64,000 bases of DNA from Octopus vulgaris (GCA_951406725.2 OX597815.1:161820001-161884000); one strand, 5' to 3'. Positions 1 to 12,257 are shown, counted from the first letter of the stretch. Program-made: numbers and translations. The notes: generated from the sequence alone by a model not told the origin.

Positions 1-452
1 TTTTTTAACACGAATGACACACTAGAGGACTGCGTTCTTTGATATACAAAATTAAAAAATAAAAAAAGACAAGATTGTGATGGTTGGAGCCACTTTGATC
101 ATAATCCTTCTCTATCTGAAGTTAAACTACTACTACTGCTACTGTTGCTGCTGCTATATGGGATATGAACCGTTGCATATGAACCACATTGTTCCGGGTT
201 CAGTCCCACTACGTGGCACCTTGGGCAAGTGTCTTCTGCTATAGCCTCGGGCCAACCAAAGCCTTGTGAGTAGATTTGGTGGACGGAAACTGAAAGAAGC
301 CCATCGTATATGTGTATATATATATGAATGTATGTATGGGTGTGTTTGTGTGTCTGTGTTTGCCCCCCCCCAAATTGTTGACAACCGATGCTGGTGTGTT
401 TACGTCCCTATAACTTAGCGGTTCGGCAAAAGAGCAAAATAGAATAAGTACT

Positions 453-1250
453 CATCATCATCATCATTGTTCGACCGTGGTCGAGACAATGGAATTTACC
501 ATGTTGCGCCAGACTTCACGGTCCATCATAGCATTACGGAGGTCCTGTTGCTGGATGCCTGTATCCCTGGAGATTACATCAGGGTAGGAGAGTGTGCGCC
601 CTCTGGTGTTGCGAGTAGATGGCTTCCAGGGGAGAAGAGTAGAAATTACTTCTTTTTCAGCTCTACAACAATGTCCAGCAAACTGGACTCTCCTACCCTT
701 CACAAGAGATAACACAGGTGGTAATTTCCCATATATTTGCATTTTAGTTGGATGGCGCCTCCACGGGAGATTTTGAGCTCTCATAAGGAGGCGAGTGTAG
801 GTTCCATCCAACCGCCTCTCAAGCTTCTTTGATAACGTCCAGGTTTCTGAGCCATATAGTAGGATTGGTTCGACTGTGGCTTTGAATATTTCAAGTTTGA
901 AGTCTCTACTTAGATTTGATGACCAGATCTTATGCATGTCATTACAGGCTGACCAGGCCATACCTTTTCTAGTTAGAAAGTCTTTTCCAGATGATGATAT
1001 GTATGACCCAAGATATTTATAATCAGAAACCATATTTAAAGGTGCACTGTTGAGAGTGTGGATGATGCAATCACTGTTGGACAGGCACTTGTTTATGTAT
1101 TCAGTTTTGGTCTCATTAAGGTAAAGACCTACACAATTTGAGGCTTGTTCAAGAGATTGTAAAAGAGACTGGGCATTGGAGAGAGAATCACTGATAAGAG
1201 CGATGTCGTCAGCAAAGTCAGTGTCTGTCAAGTACTCAGCTGGGTGTCTG
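453..1250 (-). mobile_element. 5'-truncated RTE-clade LINE with (TGA)n tail and 11-bp TSD
   Basis: TSD GAATAAGTACT at 442-452 and 1251-1261; TGATGATGATGA tail directly after the stop codon. Confidence 0.92.
464..1231 (-). pseudogene. Uninterrupted C-terminal part of an RTE reverse transcriptase ORF (5'-truncated)
   Basis: DFADDIAL catalytic motif, GLYLNETKTEY, YKYLGS, ILLYGSETWTL, FAGHC, DREVWR. Confidence 0.92.
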
Positions 1251-1615
1251 GAATAAGTACTAGGCTTACAAAGAATAAGTCCTTGGGTCGATTTGCTTGA
1301 CTAAAGGTGTTGATCTAGCATGGCCACTGTCAAATGACTGAAACAAGTAAAAGAGTATATATTTTGTCACTCCTGAAAGGATGCAAAGCAAAGCTGATCT
1401 CTGCAGGAACTGAACTCAGAACTTAAGGGCATATAACTAAATATCATAAGACATTAAATCAAACTGTTAGTTAAGTCATTAATTTCATTAACTAACAGCT
1501 TTTTTTACTACAAGATGCAATGCACTTATAGTTGAGTGGTTGTGTATCACCCTATAGTTTCAAAACTGAAGTGTAATTTTATTTGGGAAAGCATTTGTAT
1601 TTATATATATATATA

Positions 1616-2031
1616 GGTGCAGGAGTGGCTGTGTGGTAAGTAGCTTGCTTACCAACCACATGGTTCTGGGTTTAGTCCCATTGCGTGGCACCTTGGGCAA
1701 GTGTCTTCTACTATAGCCTCGGGCCGACCAAAGCCTTGTGAGTGGATTTGGTAGACGGAAACTGAAAGAAGCCCATCGTATATATGTATATATATATATG
1801 TATATGTGCGTGTGTGTTTGTGTGTCTGTGTTTGTCCCCCTAGCATTGCTTGACAACCGATGCTGGTGTGTTTATGTCCCCGTCACTTAGCGGTTCGGCA
1901 AAAGAGACCGATAGAATAAGTACTGGGAAAACAAAGAATAAGTCCTGGGGTCGAGTTGCTCGATTAAAAGCGGTGCTCCAGCCTGGCTGCAGTCAAATGA
2001 TTGAAACAAGTAAAAGAGAGAGTAAAGAGTA
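1616..2031 (+). mobile_element. SINE family A, full length
   Basis: tRNA-like head (TGGCTGTGTGG box A, GGTTTAGTCCC box B), internal TA/TG microsatellite, AAAGAGTA tail. Confidence 0.92.
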
Positions 2032-2050
2032 TATATGTATATATATGTAT

Positions 2051-2108
2051 ATTCCACTGATGAGGCAAAGCATTTTGTATGCAAAGCCAGAAATCCAGGA
2101 TTTGGAAT
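2051..2108 (+). ncRNA. Type I hammerhead ribozyme motif
   Basis: Stem I ATTCCA/TGGAAT; CTGATGA; stem II GGC..GCC (one extra A); GAAA; stem III TCC-A-GGA; then TT. Confidence 0.7.
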
Positions 2109-2310
2109 TATTCAATAATTTTTTGCTAGTTTATTTTGTCTCTTTATCTTCTCTCCTGGAACTGTACAAATATTTGATGTGGTTTTACAGTCAAATTTTG
2201 ACTGCTATATCTAGCATGTTGGTATCTTTTAGATACCCTTAATTATAATTTTAATAATAATTATTACCTATGAGGTTTTTATTCCCATGCTAGCCACTTG
2301 ATATGATCGG

Positions 2311-2351
<41 letters not shown>

Positions 2352-2442
2352 TATTTGAGGGAATATTAATCCTAACTTACAGGGAAAAATTCAATTTAGA
2401 AATACTAAATCAAATTTCATATAATATAATATATATATATAG

Positions 2443-2728
2443 AAATTAGAAAAAATCGCCTTTTATCAATTCAAAAAGAACAATTAAATTACACCATCTA
2501 GAAAATTACATATAATAGAAATATTACAATTAAAATAACAATAATATACCGATGATTAAGTAAATTGCAAAAACATATATATACGTTTTTATTATTTTTT
2601 TGCAATTTACCTAATCATCGATATATTATTGTTATTTTAATTTTAATATTTCTATCATATGTAATTTTCTAGATGGTGTAATTTAATTGTTCATTTTGAA
2701 TTGATAAAAGGTGGGTTTTTTCTAATTT
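2443..2728. repeat. Long fold-back inverted repeat (~130-bp arms)
   Basis: 2443-2573 is the near-exact reverse complement of 2597-2728; (TA)n on both sides. Confidence 0.9.
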
Positions 2729-2742
2729 ATATATATATATAT

Positions 2743-2860
2743 AATGTGAGGTATACTTGCCATCTCAATATGGCTAACCACTAAGGATGGGTGTTACTGT
2801 AGCTTGTAACAACCACCCTTAGTGGTTAGCCATATTGAGATGGCAAGTATACCTCACATT
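2743..2860. repeat. Perfect 44-bp inverted repeat
   Basis: AATGTGAGGTATACTTGCCATCTCAATATGGCTAACCACTAAGG at 2743-2786; reverse complement at 2817-2860. Confidence 0.92.
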
Positions 2861-2918
2861 GTCGTGCAGTTACTGTTTATACCTTGTTCAGAGATTTATT
2901 ATTGCTTATATATATATA

Positions 2919-3182
2919 TCATTATCATCATCATCATTGTTTAACGTCCGTTTTCCGCGCTAGCACGGGTTGGATGGTTCGACCGGGGTCTGGAGAGCCA
3001 GGGGCTGCTCCAGGCTCCAGTCTGATCAGGCAGTGTTTCTACAGCTGGATGCCCTTCCTAACGCCAACCACTCCGCGAATGTAGTGGGTGCTTTTTACGT
3101 GCCACCTGCACAGGTGCCAAAGGGGTCTGGCATCGGCCACGATTGGTTGGTGCTTTTTATGTGCCACCGGCACAGAAGCCAC
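2919..3182 (-). mobile_element. Family B repeat: 3' end/3'UTR of an RTE-type LINE with (GAT)n tail
   Basis: Minus strand carries GGCGTTAGGAAGGGCATCCAGC...GGAAAACGGACGTTAAAC followed by a (GAT)n-type tail. Confidence 0.8.
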
Positions 3183-3211
3183 AGAAGATATATATATATA
3201 TATATATATAT

Positions 3212-3735
3212 ATCATCATCATCATCATCATCATCATTTAACGTCCGCTTTCCATGCTAGCATGGGTTGGACAGTTCAACTGGGGTCTGGGGAGCCCGAA
3301 AGCTGCACCAGTCCAGTCAGATCTGGCAGTGTTTCTACAGCTGGATGCCCTTCCTAACGCCAACCACTCCAAGAGTGTAGTGGGTGATTTTATGTGCCAC
3401 CGACACAGGTGCCAGACGAGGCTGGCAAACGGCCACGCTCGGATGGTGTTTTTTATGTGCCACCGACACAGGTGCCAGACGAGGCTGGCAGACGGCCACG
3501 CTCGGATGGTGTTTTTATGTGCCACCAACACAGGTGCCAGATGAGGCTGGCAAAACGGCCACGATCGGATGGTGCTTGTTACGTGCCCACAGCACGGAGG
3601 CCAGTCGATGCGGTACTGGCTACGGCCACGTTCGGATGGTTTTCTTGTGTGCCACGTGCCACCGGCACTGGTACCACAAGGATACAAATTCCATTGATGT
3701 TCATCTATTTTGATTTGTTTTGATTTGATTTTCAC
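3212..3735 (-). mobile_element. Family B (RTE 3'UTR) copy with internal ~62-bp tandem repeats (3393-3580)
   Basis: Three units of GTGCCACCGACACAGGTGCCAGACGAGGCTGGCAAACGGCCACGCTCGGATGGTG; near-identical to 49680-49978 in the opposite orientation. Confidence 0.85.
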
Positions 3736-3758
3736 ATATATATATATATATATATAAA

Positions 3759-4035
3759 TGATGGGGTACTAAAAAGTTCCTGGCTTGGGTAAAAGAAAAT
3801 TCAGGAGGATCAGTTAACTATGAGTTTATTCAACACAATCCCCTCTCGGATTCACCCAGTTATTACAGTGGTCCTTCAATATTTCTAAGCCCTATAAAAG
3901 AACTTGGAAGGTTGGGCCTCCAACCACGTCTCTGTTGCAGCGATCACTTCCAAATTGGAGTGAAATTTCATTCTCCTGAGATGTTTCTTAAGTTATGGAA
4001 AAAGGTGTGAGTCAGAGAGGGCCATACTTGGGCTT
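3759..4035 (-). mobile_element. Mariner transposon 3' fragment
   Basis: Minus strand gives APSDSHLF..HLRRMKFHSNLEVIAATETWLEAQPSKFF..GLEILKDH..GDCVE* (frameshifted); TIR-like TGATGGGGTACTAAAAAGTTCC. Confidence 0.75.
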
Positions 4036-5139
4036 CATACTCTATCAAAACAAAAAGGAAAAAGGGAATGACACATTGAAAAGCATAATCTTAGATATAC
4101 TTGCTCAAAATATACATGAAATGATTCATGAGGAAAATGTCTTTGATTGTATATCTGCTCATTCAATGCTGGCCTGGGATTAAACAACAACCAACAACTA
4201 CTTCTGACCTCAAACTTTGAGCTTATTAAAATCCAGTATTTTACTCACCCAACTGTAACATGACATCACTTCAATTTATAATTAGTTGAATTACCTTTTG
4301 TTATGCTATTTATGAATGTTTTGGTCGAGAGGCTTCATTAAAATAAATGTATCATTTTATCTGTTTATGTTTTATGTCTCATAACTTTTAACCACTTTTT
4401 TTATTCATGTCTAATTTTTCTTTTATACTTTTTCCTTTCTTCTCTTTTTGCATTAGAGAGAAAAGTGTGCAGCTTTGCTGTACACGACTATGAGAAACTG
4501 AGGCATGATCATAAGGATATAAATTAGTGTGGCTATGTGGTTAAGAAGCTTAACTCCCAACCATGTGGCTTCAGGTTCAGTCCTGTTGTGTGGCATCTTA
4601 GGCAGGTGTCCTCTAACCAGGCCTTGTGAGTGGATTTGGTGGAAAAAGATTGGTAGTAGGACTGTTAAACACACACACGTGTGAGTGTGTGTGGGTGTAT
4701 TCTGTATCAAAAGGATGTGCTATAACACTATTCCACATATACACAAACAGCCATACTAACATTCCAACATACTTCCATCATCAGCTGCCCCACGGATATC
4801 ATAATGGTTTTGACACCTGGGCAGTACCATTCAATCTGGTAGTGTCAAAGGCACTAAAACAAGTGCTGTTTAGGAACAAACATACTAAAAATCAAAATAC
4901 ACAACTTTCAAATATATTTATTCTATGTACAACAGTATTCAATCAAATATAAGCAGGATTAAACACTAATTTTAAAATTAAACTACGAGAAACACATAAA
5001 TCTATGTATATTTGTATTGGTATTAATACTACACCTACTATTGAAAAGGTTGCAAGATGCAACGAAAATTTTAGGAAAATGAAAATAAGAAATAAGTGGA
5101 AATTTTATAGGTGAGTGTGTTACAGTATAAGGCACAAAA

Positions 5140-5225
5140 AGAAAATGACTCTCCCCAGACACAACAGAATATGCTTCAACACACGAACTCATATAAAGAA
5201 TCTTGCAAACCAAATCCAAAAAACG
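5140..5225 (-). repeat. Unclassified dispersed repeat (also at ~23340-23410)
   Basis: Shared block TTTTTGGATTTGGTTTGCxAGATTCTTTATATGAGTTCGTGTGTTGAAGC and motif GACTCTCCCCAGACACAACA. Confidence 0.6.
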
Positions 5226-5637
5226 AAATACAATAACTAAATTATATACTAAATAGCGAACAATCTTTAAGTCCATGTACATTTTGTGTACCCTTGTCTT
5301 GATGTCATGTGATGATTGAAAATGAATGTCACCATGCAAATGGTGTCATCCATGAAAACACGCCTGGCCATGGGAAAACATTATCTTGTGTGGAAACAAG
5401 TGAGGGTTGGCAACAGGAAGAGCATCCAACCATAAAAAAATCTGCCTTAAAAAAGTCCATCTAACCCATGCAAGCATGGAAAAGTGGACATTAAAACAAA
5501 GATGATAATGAAGCTTGTATGTTCTTGATTCACCAAGTAGAAATAACAACCAAACCTTCTTAAAACATACTCAAGGTTTGAATATTTCTTAAAAAAAGGA
5601 AGGATATTTTTGGATAATGTAGATCTAGATATGTTGC

Positions 5638-5999
5638 ATCTCATCATCATCATCATCATCATCCTCATCATTTAACGTCCGTTTTTCCATGCTGGCATGG
5701 GTTGGAAGTTTTGGCTGAGGTCTGAAAAGCCAATGGCTGCACCAGGCTCCTAACTGATCTGGTAATGTTTCTAAAGCTGAATGCCCTTCCTAACACCAAC
5801 TACTCCAAGAGTGTAGTGGGTGCTTTTTACTTGCCACTGGCACAGGAGTCAGTCAGGCAGGACTGGCATTGATCACATTCGTATAGTGCTTTTTACATGC
5901 CACCTGCATAGGAACCAATCATGTGGCCCTGGCATCGATCATGTTTGGATAGTGCTTTTTACATACCACCAGCACGGGAGCCAGTTGGGGGCACTGACA
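5638..5999 (-). mobile_element. Diverged family B (RTE 3'UTR) copy
   Basis: (CAT)n + TTAACGTCCG...ATGCCCTTCCTAAC on the plus strand. Confidence 0.75.
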
Positions 6000-6188
6000 T
6001 CTATTTGTTATATTTTATATCACCATTTATGAACACTAGATTCAATCTTTTCAATGCTGCAGTTACAAGTTTACATAATTTCTGGTGGGTGAAATATCTA
6101 GGGAATACATGTGATGCAGCACACTTGGTTTGAAGACCTCAAGTTTTTTTGGGGGTGGGGGGTTCCAATGCTTACTCTCCTATTCGCT

Positions 6189-6596
6189 TACTCTTTTACT
6201 TATTTCAGTCATTTGACTGCGGCCATGCTGGAGCACTGCCTTTAGTCGAGCAAATCAACCTCAGGACTTATGCTTTGTAAACCTAGTACTTATTCTATCG
6301 GTCTCTTTTGCCGAACCACTAAGTTATGGGGATGTAAACACACCAGCATCGGTTGTCAAGCAATGTTGGGGGGACAAACACAGACACACAAACATACACA
6401 CACACACATATATATATATATACATATATATGACGGGCTTCTTTCAGTTTCCGTCTGTCTACCAAATCTGCTCACAAGGCTTTGGTCAGCCTGAGGCTAT
6501 AGTAAAAGACACTTGCCCAAGGTGCCACACAGTGGGACTGAACCCAAAACCATGTGGCTGGTAAGCAAGCTACTTACCACACAGCCACTCCTACAC
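6189..6596 (-). mobile_element. SINE family A, full length
   Basis: Reverse complement of 1616-2031. Confidence 0.9.
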
Positions 6597-6831
6597 TTAT
6601 AACATAATTAGTATATAATTCTACTTTGTTACTGTAATATATAAAATAACTAATTGACATTTAACAAAGGTAGATTTGAATTTAGATCCAGATCCTCCCT
6701 AAGTCTACTGAGACTATGGATCTACTCCAGGAGTTTCTTTTTAACAGGCTGGTCTGGGTAAGGTTTTATATGAAAGACAAGAAGACCATTAGTTACCAAT
6801 GCATGTGAGTCTCCCCTCTCTGTGTCATTAA

Positions 6832-7051
6832 CCCTTTTCTTACTGTATTTATTTTGAGATGCTTTGTGTTCCTTTCAGTTACTTTGAGTATAACAAAGAA
6901 TTTAGTAAAATAACTTAGTTATCATTAAGCTAGTGTTAGAAACATAAATTGTGACTAAAGTTTGGTGGAAGATTTTAATTCAAAACTTATGAAAACAAGA
7001 CATTTGTTCTCAGAACCAGAGCCGGTTTCAGCCAGGTTGGTAACGAAAGGG
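6832..7051. mobile_element. piggyBac-type MITE
   Basis: TTAA at 6828-6831 and 7052-7055; TIR CCCTTTTCTTAC / GTAACGAAAGGG; diverged relatives at ~10741-11160. Confidence 0.75.
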
Positions 7052-7610
7052 TTAATATTGTCTCTGGGAAAGGAAAAGATTTGCATATGCAGCTTGACAA
7101 TTATATCATTCAGGTATTATTGTCAAAATTCAAAGACCTGGAACAGGTACCCACCAATTCACTACTCTGGACTGGGTAGGATTTGAACTCAGAATGTAGA
7201 GAGAACAAATACTGCAAGGCATTTAATTGAACTGTCAGACAATTTTGCTAACTCACTGTGTTTTTAATTTAGCTTTGAACACTTTAAAATTGGAAAACCC
7301 AGAATCATTCTGAGATGGATTAAAAGAGCTAATGACAAGTGATTGAAAAAGCAAACAGAAAATACAGCTTCCTGCAAATAGGGACAGCACTTCAAACAAG
7401 ACTCTGATGTTAGGCAGTTTTTCTACAAGTAATGAAATTGCTACTGTGTTTATTGATGAAAATTAAGCCCCTCCATAAAATAGAGACAACACAATTCAAG
7501 TGATTTGTGTTTAGTTTGCTATCTTGTCCTAATGTGTTACCCCTACTTTATTTCTTAATAGTGGGCTTGGATGGCGCAATGATATGCAGCATGTTGAAGA
7601 ACGGTAAATG

Positions 7611-8211
7611 TACTCTTTTACTCTTTTACTTGTTTCTGTCATTTGACTGCAGCCATGCTGGAGCACCGCATTTTAGTTGAGCAAATCGACCCCAGGACTT
7701 ATTCTTTGTAAGCCTAGTACTTATTCTATCGGTCTCTTTTGCCGAATCGCTAAGTTATGGAGGTGTTAACACACCAGCATCGGTTGCCAATGCTTACTCT
7801 TTTACTCTTTTACTCTTTTACTTATTTCAGTCATTTGACTGAGGCCATGCTGGAGCACCACCTTTAGTCGAGCAAATCGACCCCAGGACTTATTCTTTGT
7901 AAGCCTAGTACTTATTCTATCCGTCTCTTTTGCCGAATCGCTAAGTTATGGAGGTGTTAACACGCCAGCATCGGTTGTTAAGCGATGTTGGGGGACAAAC
8001 ACAAACACATAAACACACACACACATATATATACATATACATATATACGACAGGCTTCTTTCAGTTTCCATCTACCAAATCCACTCACAAGGCTTTGGTC
8101 AGCCCAAGGCTATAGTAGAAGACACTTTGTCCAAGGTGCCATGCAGTGGGACTGAACCCAAAATCATGTGGTTGGTAAGCAAGCTACTTATCACACAGCC
8201 ACTTCTGCACC
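7611..8211 (-). mobile_element. SINE family A with a tandem duplicated 3' half (7611-7790 and 7795-8211)
   Basis: Both parts share the variant GCTAAGTTATGGAGGTGTTAACAC. Confidence 0.88.
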
Positions 8212-8918
8212 TACGTTTGAAATATTGTAACCTACAAGAGTTCTGTTCTTTGAATCTTGCATACAGAAGTCATCATTGTTGTTTTAATGTTCACTTTTCC
8301 AAGTGGTCATTTGGCTCATTAGAAATAGCAGCTGAATTCCCCTCAAAATACACTTTACAGCCTTAAAAAGAGTGAGACAAATTGGATAACGTAGTATTCT
8401 GGAAACTAAACAGCAATGACAATAATTATGTTACTGTTCTTCATTTTTATTCTTTAGTCAATTGGGTTAAACAAGATTAAATATATAGATATTTCTTATA
8501 AATCTTGCCAACCATTAAACAAATTATTTCATTTACCTTTTATTTATTTTTTTTTACTTGTTTCAGTCATTGAACTGTGCCTGTACTAGGGTTCCATCTT
8601 TAAGGGTTTATTTGGACAAATTGAGATCAGTACTTACTTTTCTTTTTGAAGTCTGGTACTTATTCTATCAGTCTCTTTTGCTAGGTGACAGGGAAGTAAA
8701 TAAATGTGGGTGTGTTTATGTCCCTGTAACTTAGCAGTTCAGCAAAAAGAAACCAACAGAATAAGTAACAGGCTTAAAAATAAGTACTGGGGTTGATTCA
8801 CTCTTGGAGGCAGTGCTCCAGCAGGTCTCCAGTCTGATGGCTGAAACAAGTAAAAGAATAAAAAAATAAACCAAGACCAGTTGTCAAGAGCTAAGAGGAC
8901 AACCACACAAGTGTGCAT

Positions 8919-8959
<41 letters not shown>

Positions 8960-9276
8960 AACACAAACACACACACACATGTATGCATGCATACACATAC
9001 ACACACAAACTCAACAGGCTGCTACACTATTTCCATCTATGAAATTCACTCAAAAGGCACCAGGTTGCAAACTAAGCTTCTTAACCATATATATAAATAT
9101 AGCCTGCACCTGTATGCAGAATATCTTAGCTAATTTCTCTTCTTTCTTTTCCACATTTATCCACAACTACAACTGGAAGCTGTTAAGCATGTGCTAGAGT
9201 TTATCTAAGTTCTCAGAAGTAGTTGAGAGGCTTGTCTTAGATATGACATCATTTACCATATAATCTTTGACTTCAA

Positions 9277-9340
9277 TTGATTGATTGATTGATTCTAGTT
9301 TCAGCTCATGAGCTGTGGCCATGCTGGGGCACCGCCATTG
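9277..9340 (-). mobile_element. Very short LINE 3'-end stub with (ATCA)n tail; second copy at 22383-22430
   Basis: Minus strand GGCGGTGCCCCAGCATGGCCACAGCTCATGAGCTGAAACTAG, homologous to the SINE A tail. Confidence 0.6.
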
Positions 9341-9778
9341 CAACAATTGTGCAACAATTGTGCAACAATTTGAAACATGTCCTGGAATTTAATGAAAACA
9401 TATATTTTCCAGCATACAAGTTGATATAGTATACAGAATAACCATGTAGAGTAAATATGAAAACAACATCACCATGTTTCTAAATCCTGCAGCATTTCAC
9501 ATGGAATTTTCAGTCCTCCAACATCAGACTGGTGTACAATTTGAGCAACCTTTTTTTGGCTGTAAATTTTGGCCTGAAAAATTCAACTTGTATGCCATAA
9601 AATGTGAAAGCATGTGGCCTTTTTATAAGGGTGTTGCACTCACAATCGCAAGATCATAGTTTGATTCTCAAACAGGTGCCACATTGCGTTCTTGAGCAAA
9701 ACACTTTTTTACACATTGCTCTGCTGGTGGAAGAGTGGCAGAATTGTTGGGGCATCAGCAGAAAGGCTTTATGATATA

Positions 9779-10252
9779 AGGCGGCGAGTTGGCAGAAACA
9801 TTATAGCATGCTGGGCGAAATGCATAGCCATATTTCGTCTGCCATCATGCTCTGAGTTCAAATTCCGCCAAGGTCGACTTTGCCTTTCATCCTTTCAGGG
9901 TCGATAAATTAAGTACCAGTTACGCACTGGGGTCGATATAATCGACTTAATCCGTTTGTCTGTCCTTGTTTGTCCTCTGTGTGTTTAGCCCCTTGTGGGT
10001 AGTAAAGAAGTAGGTATAAGGTGGCAAGCTGGCAGAAACGTTAGCATGCCAGGCAAAATGCTTAGTGGTATTTCGTCTGCCGCTACATTCTGAGTTCAAA
10101 TTCCACCAAAGTCGACTTTGCCTTTCATCCTTTCAGGGTCGATTAAATAAGTACCAGTAGAGAATTGGAGTTGATGTAATCGACTTAATCCCTTTGTCTG
10201 TCCTTGTTTGTCCCCTCTATGTTTAGCCCCTTGTGGGCAATAAAGAAATAAG
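9779..10252 (+). mobile_element. Two tandem copies of SINE family E (9779-10015, 10019-10252) nested in an older copy
   Basis: GGCGGCGAGxTGGCAGAA head, GAGTTCAAATTCC box B, central block GACTTTGCCTTTCATCCTTTCxGGGTCGAT; further copies at ~19232-19455(-), 24693-24910, 44672-44860, 53395-53610, 61011-61170. Confidence 0.85.
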
Positions 10253-11181
10253 AAATGCTTTATGGTATATCTTATGGCTGCCTACATTCTGAGTTCAAAT
10301 CTCACCTACCTGGAGAAGACAACAGGAAACCACTCCTGTATTCATCCAAAGTCTGGTCATGGCAGCCAAAGTTCCATTAATCTACTTAATGGCAGCAAGG
10401 GTGGGTACAGGCACTCTCGGGTGATACAGAGAATATAGGATACGGTTCATATGTGCAAGACCTGCTCATGGGCAGTCGGCCACTAGACATGTCATAAAAT
10501 ATGGTATGTCATTTATACAGTGCAAATGCAGCTTAATGTAAAGGTCTGCACTTTATCATGGTCCCTATTTTTCTGCTGGTTGTTTTTTTATCAATTTATA
10601 TTAAGAGTATCTGCAAAGGACACAGTACAGTGCTCATGACAAATTGCATTTCTTTGAGCTAAGAATTGCTTGATCAACATTCTTAAAGATTCATTCAGCT
10701 GTGACACTTTTAACACATTTTATTAAATCTATTTTAAATTAAAACCCTTTTGTTACCATATTTCTGTTGAACTACACTGCTTTTGTTTCAATTTTGAAAA
10801 TAATAAAGAATTTAATGAAATATCTTGGTCATTACTAAGCTGGTAATTGGAACATAAACTAACAAGGAATTTTAATGGGAAATTTTAATTTAAATCACCT
10901 TATATAGAAAATTTGTATCATAGAAGCTGGGCAGTCTTGGGTGAGTTGGTATCAAAAAAGTTAAATAACCTTTTCATGACCCCATTTGTAATGACTTTGA
11001 GTTTCAATTACTTTTGAAATAAATAAGTTGCAGGGATTTAGTAAAATGACTAATTTTTTTCCCCCTTCATTAATATTTTAAGCTGTTGTTTAGAACATGA
11101 CTTAAAAGATTCTCACATAAAAATTATAGGATGTTTTAATTCAAATATGAAAAAACATTTTTAAATAGGTCTTGTAATATA

Positions 11182-12152
11182 TCAGGTCATCCCATAAGTT
11201 CTGTCCAATTTTACCTTTTTTAAAATTGAATGAAATTTAATAGTATTTTAGAAGGTCAAATGGAATTTAAAATTATTTTATGCATTTGTGTACATTTAAA
11301 CTAATGTATTGAGGCATTACTTGAAGAAAATTCTGCATTATCAGTTGAAGAATTGGTAATAATGCTTAGTTCAAACCGTACAACTGTTCATCATCATCTT
11401 CAACAACTTAGAAAGGTTCCTAAACTTGGAAAATGGGTGCCTCATGAATTGTCCGAAAGTAACTGCAAATTCCGAGTTGACATCTGCTCTTCTCTCCATT
11501 CTCATGAACTCATTTCACCCTTTTTGGATAGACTTCTGACTGGTGACGAAAAATGGATCTTCTATCAAAATGTTACATGTTGTAAACAGTGGCTTGGTAA
11601 AAGGGTAAAAGCTCAACCACAACCAAAAAGGGAATTTCATGAGAAAAAGGTTCTTCTCTCTATCTGGTGGGATTGCAACAATCAATGCTCAAGTCTACTG
11701 TCAGCAATTAGAGTGTTTGAACCAAGTTTTGAAGAAAAAAGACTTGCTTTAGTGAATTGAAAAGGTGTGATGTTTTATCAGGACAATGCACAACCCACAC
11801 TGCAAAGATCATATCACAGAAGATCGAAGAGCTTGGTTGGAAAAAATTTCTCATCCACCTTATTCTCCTAACCTTGCTCCTTCAGATTACCATTTGTTTC
11901 ATAGTTTACAGAATCATTTGGGGGATATAACTTTCGCAAGACAGGAGGAGGTCAAAACTGACATATCAGAGTTCTTTGCTTTGAAACCAAAAGAGTTTTA
12001 CATTGATGGGATTAAAAAGCTTGTAAATAGATGGAAGGAAGTCACAGGTAATAAGGGAAAGTACATTGATGACTAAATTTCCAATTAAATATAACATTTG
12101 ATCACTTGTTTTCTTTATTCAAAATTCGGACAGAACTTATGTGATGACCTGA
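11182..12152 (+). mobile_element. Internally deleted mariner (DD34D) transposon with TIRs and TA TSD
   Basis: TIR TCAGGTCATCCCATAAGTTCTGTCC / GGACAGAACTTATGTGATGACCTGA; TA on both sides. Confidence 0.93.
11310..12076 (+). pseudogene. Frameshifted mariner transposase
   Basis: WVPHEL, TGDEKWI, (YQ)DNA, HPPYSPNLAPSDYHLF, GKYIDD*. Confidence 0.92.
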
Positions 12153-12257
12153 TAATATATCTAGAGGCAATCTTAATCAAGTGACTATTGTTTAAATCAT
12201 CTTATTTAAGTTGGTTACTATAATATGAAAACACGGTGTGATAAGAAGTTGAAGGCT

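Larger units (their letters stand above)
181..1357 (+). mobile_element. tRNA-derived SINE family A, 5'-truncated, split by an RTE LINE insertion (181-452 and 1251-1357)
   Basis: Matches the ~410-bp repeat found more than 12 times in the window (GGTTCAGTCCCACT...GTGAGTGGATTTGGTAGACGGAAACTGAAAGAAG...CCAGCATGGCC...AAACAAGTAAAAGAGTA). Confidence 0.9.

Noticed and set aside
3393-3660. Regular ~62-bp repeats resembling a CRISPR array
   Set aside because: No unique spacers, no cas genes, eukaryotic context; internal tandem of an RTE 3'UTR.
4772-4832. Possible minus-strand exon MVLPRCQNHYDIRGAADDG followed by a GTATGT donor
   Set aside because: Short, in-frame stop just upstream, no recognisable homology and no partner exons found.
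10309-10345. CTGGAGAAGACAACAGGAAACCACTCCTGTATTC resembling an RTE/BovB 5'UTR block, and IWNVR-like codons near 13160
   Set aside because: Too short and decayed to define an element.
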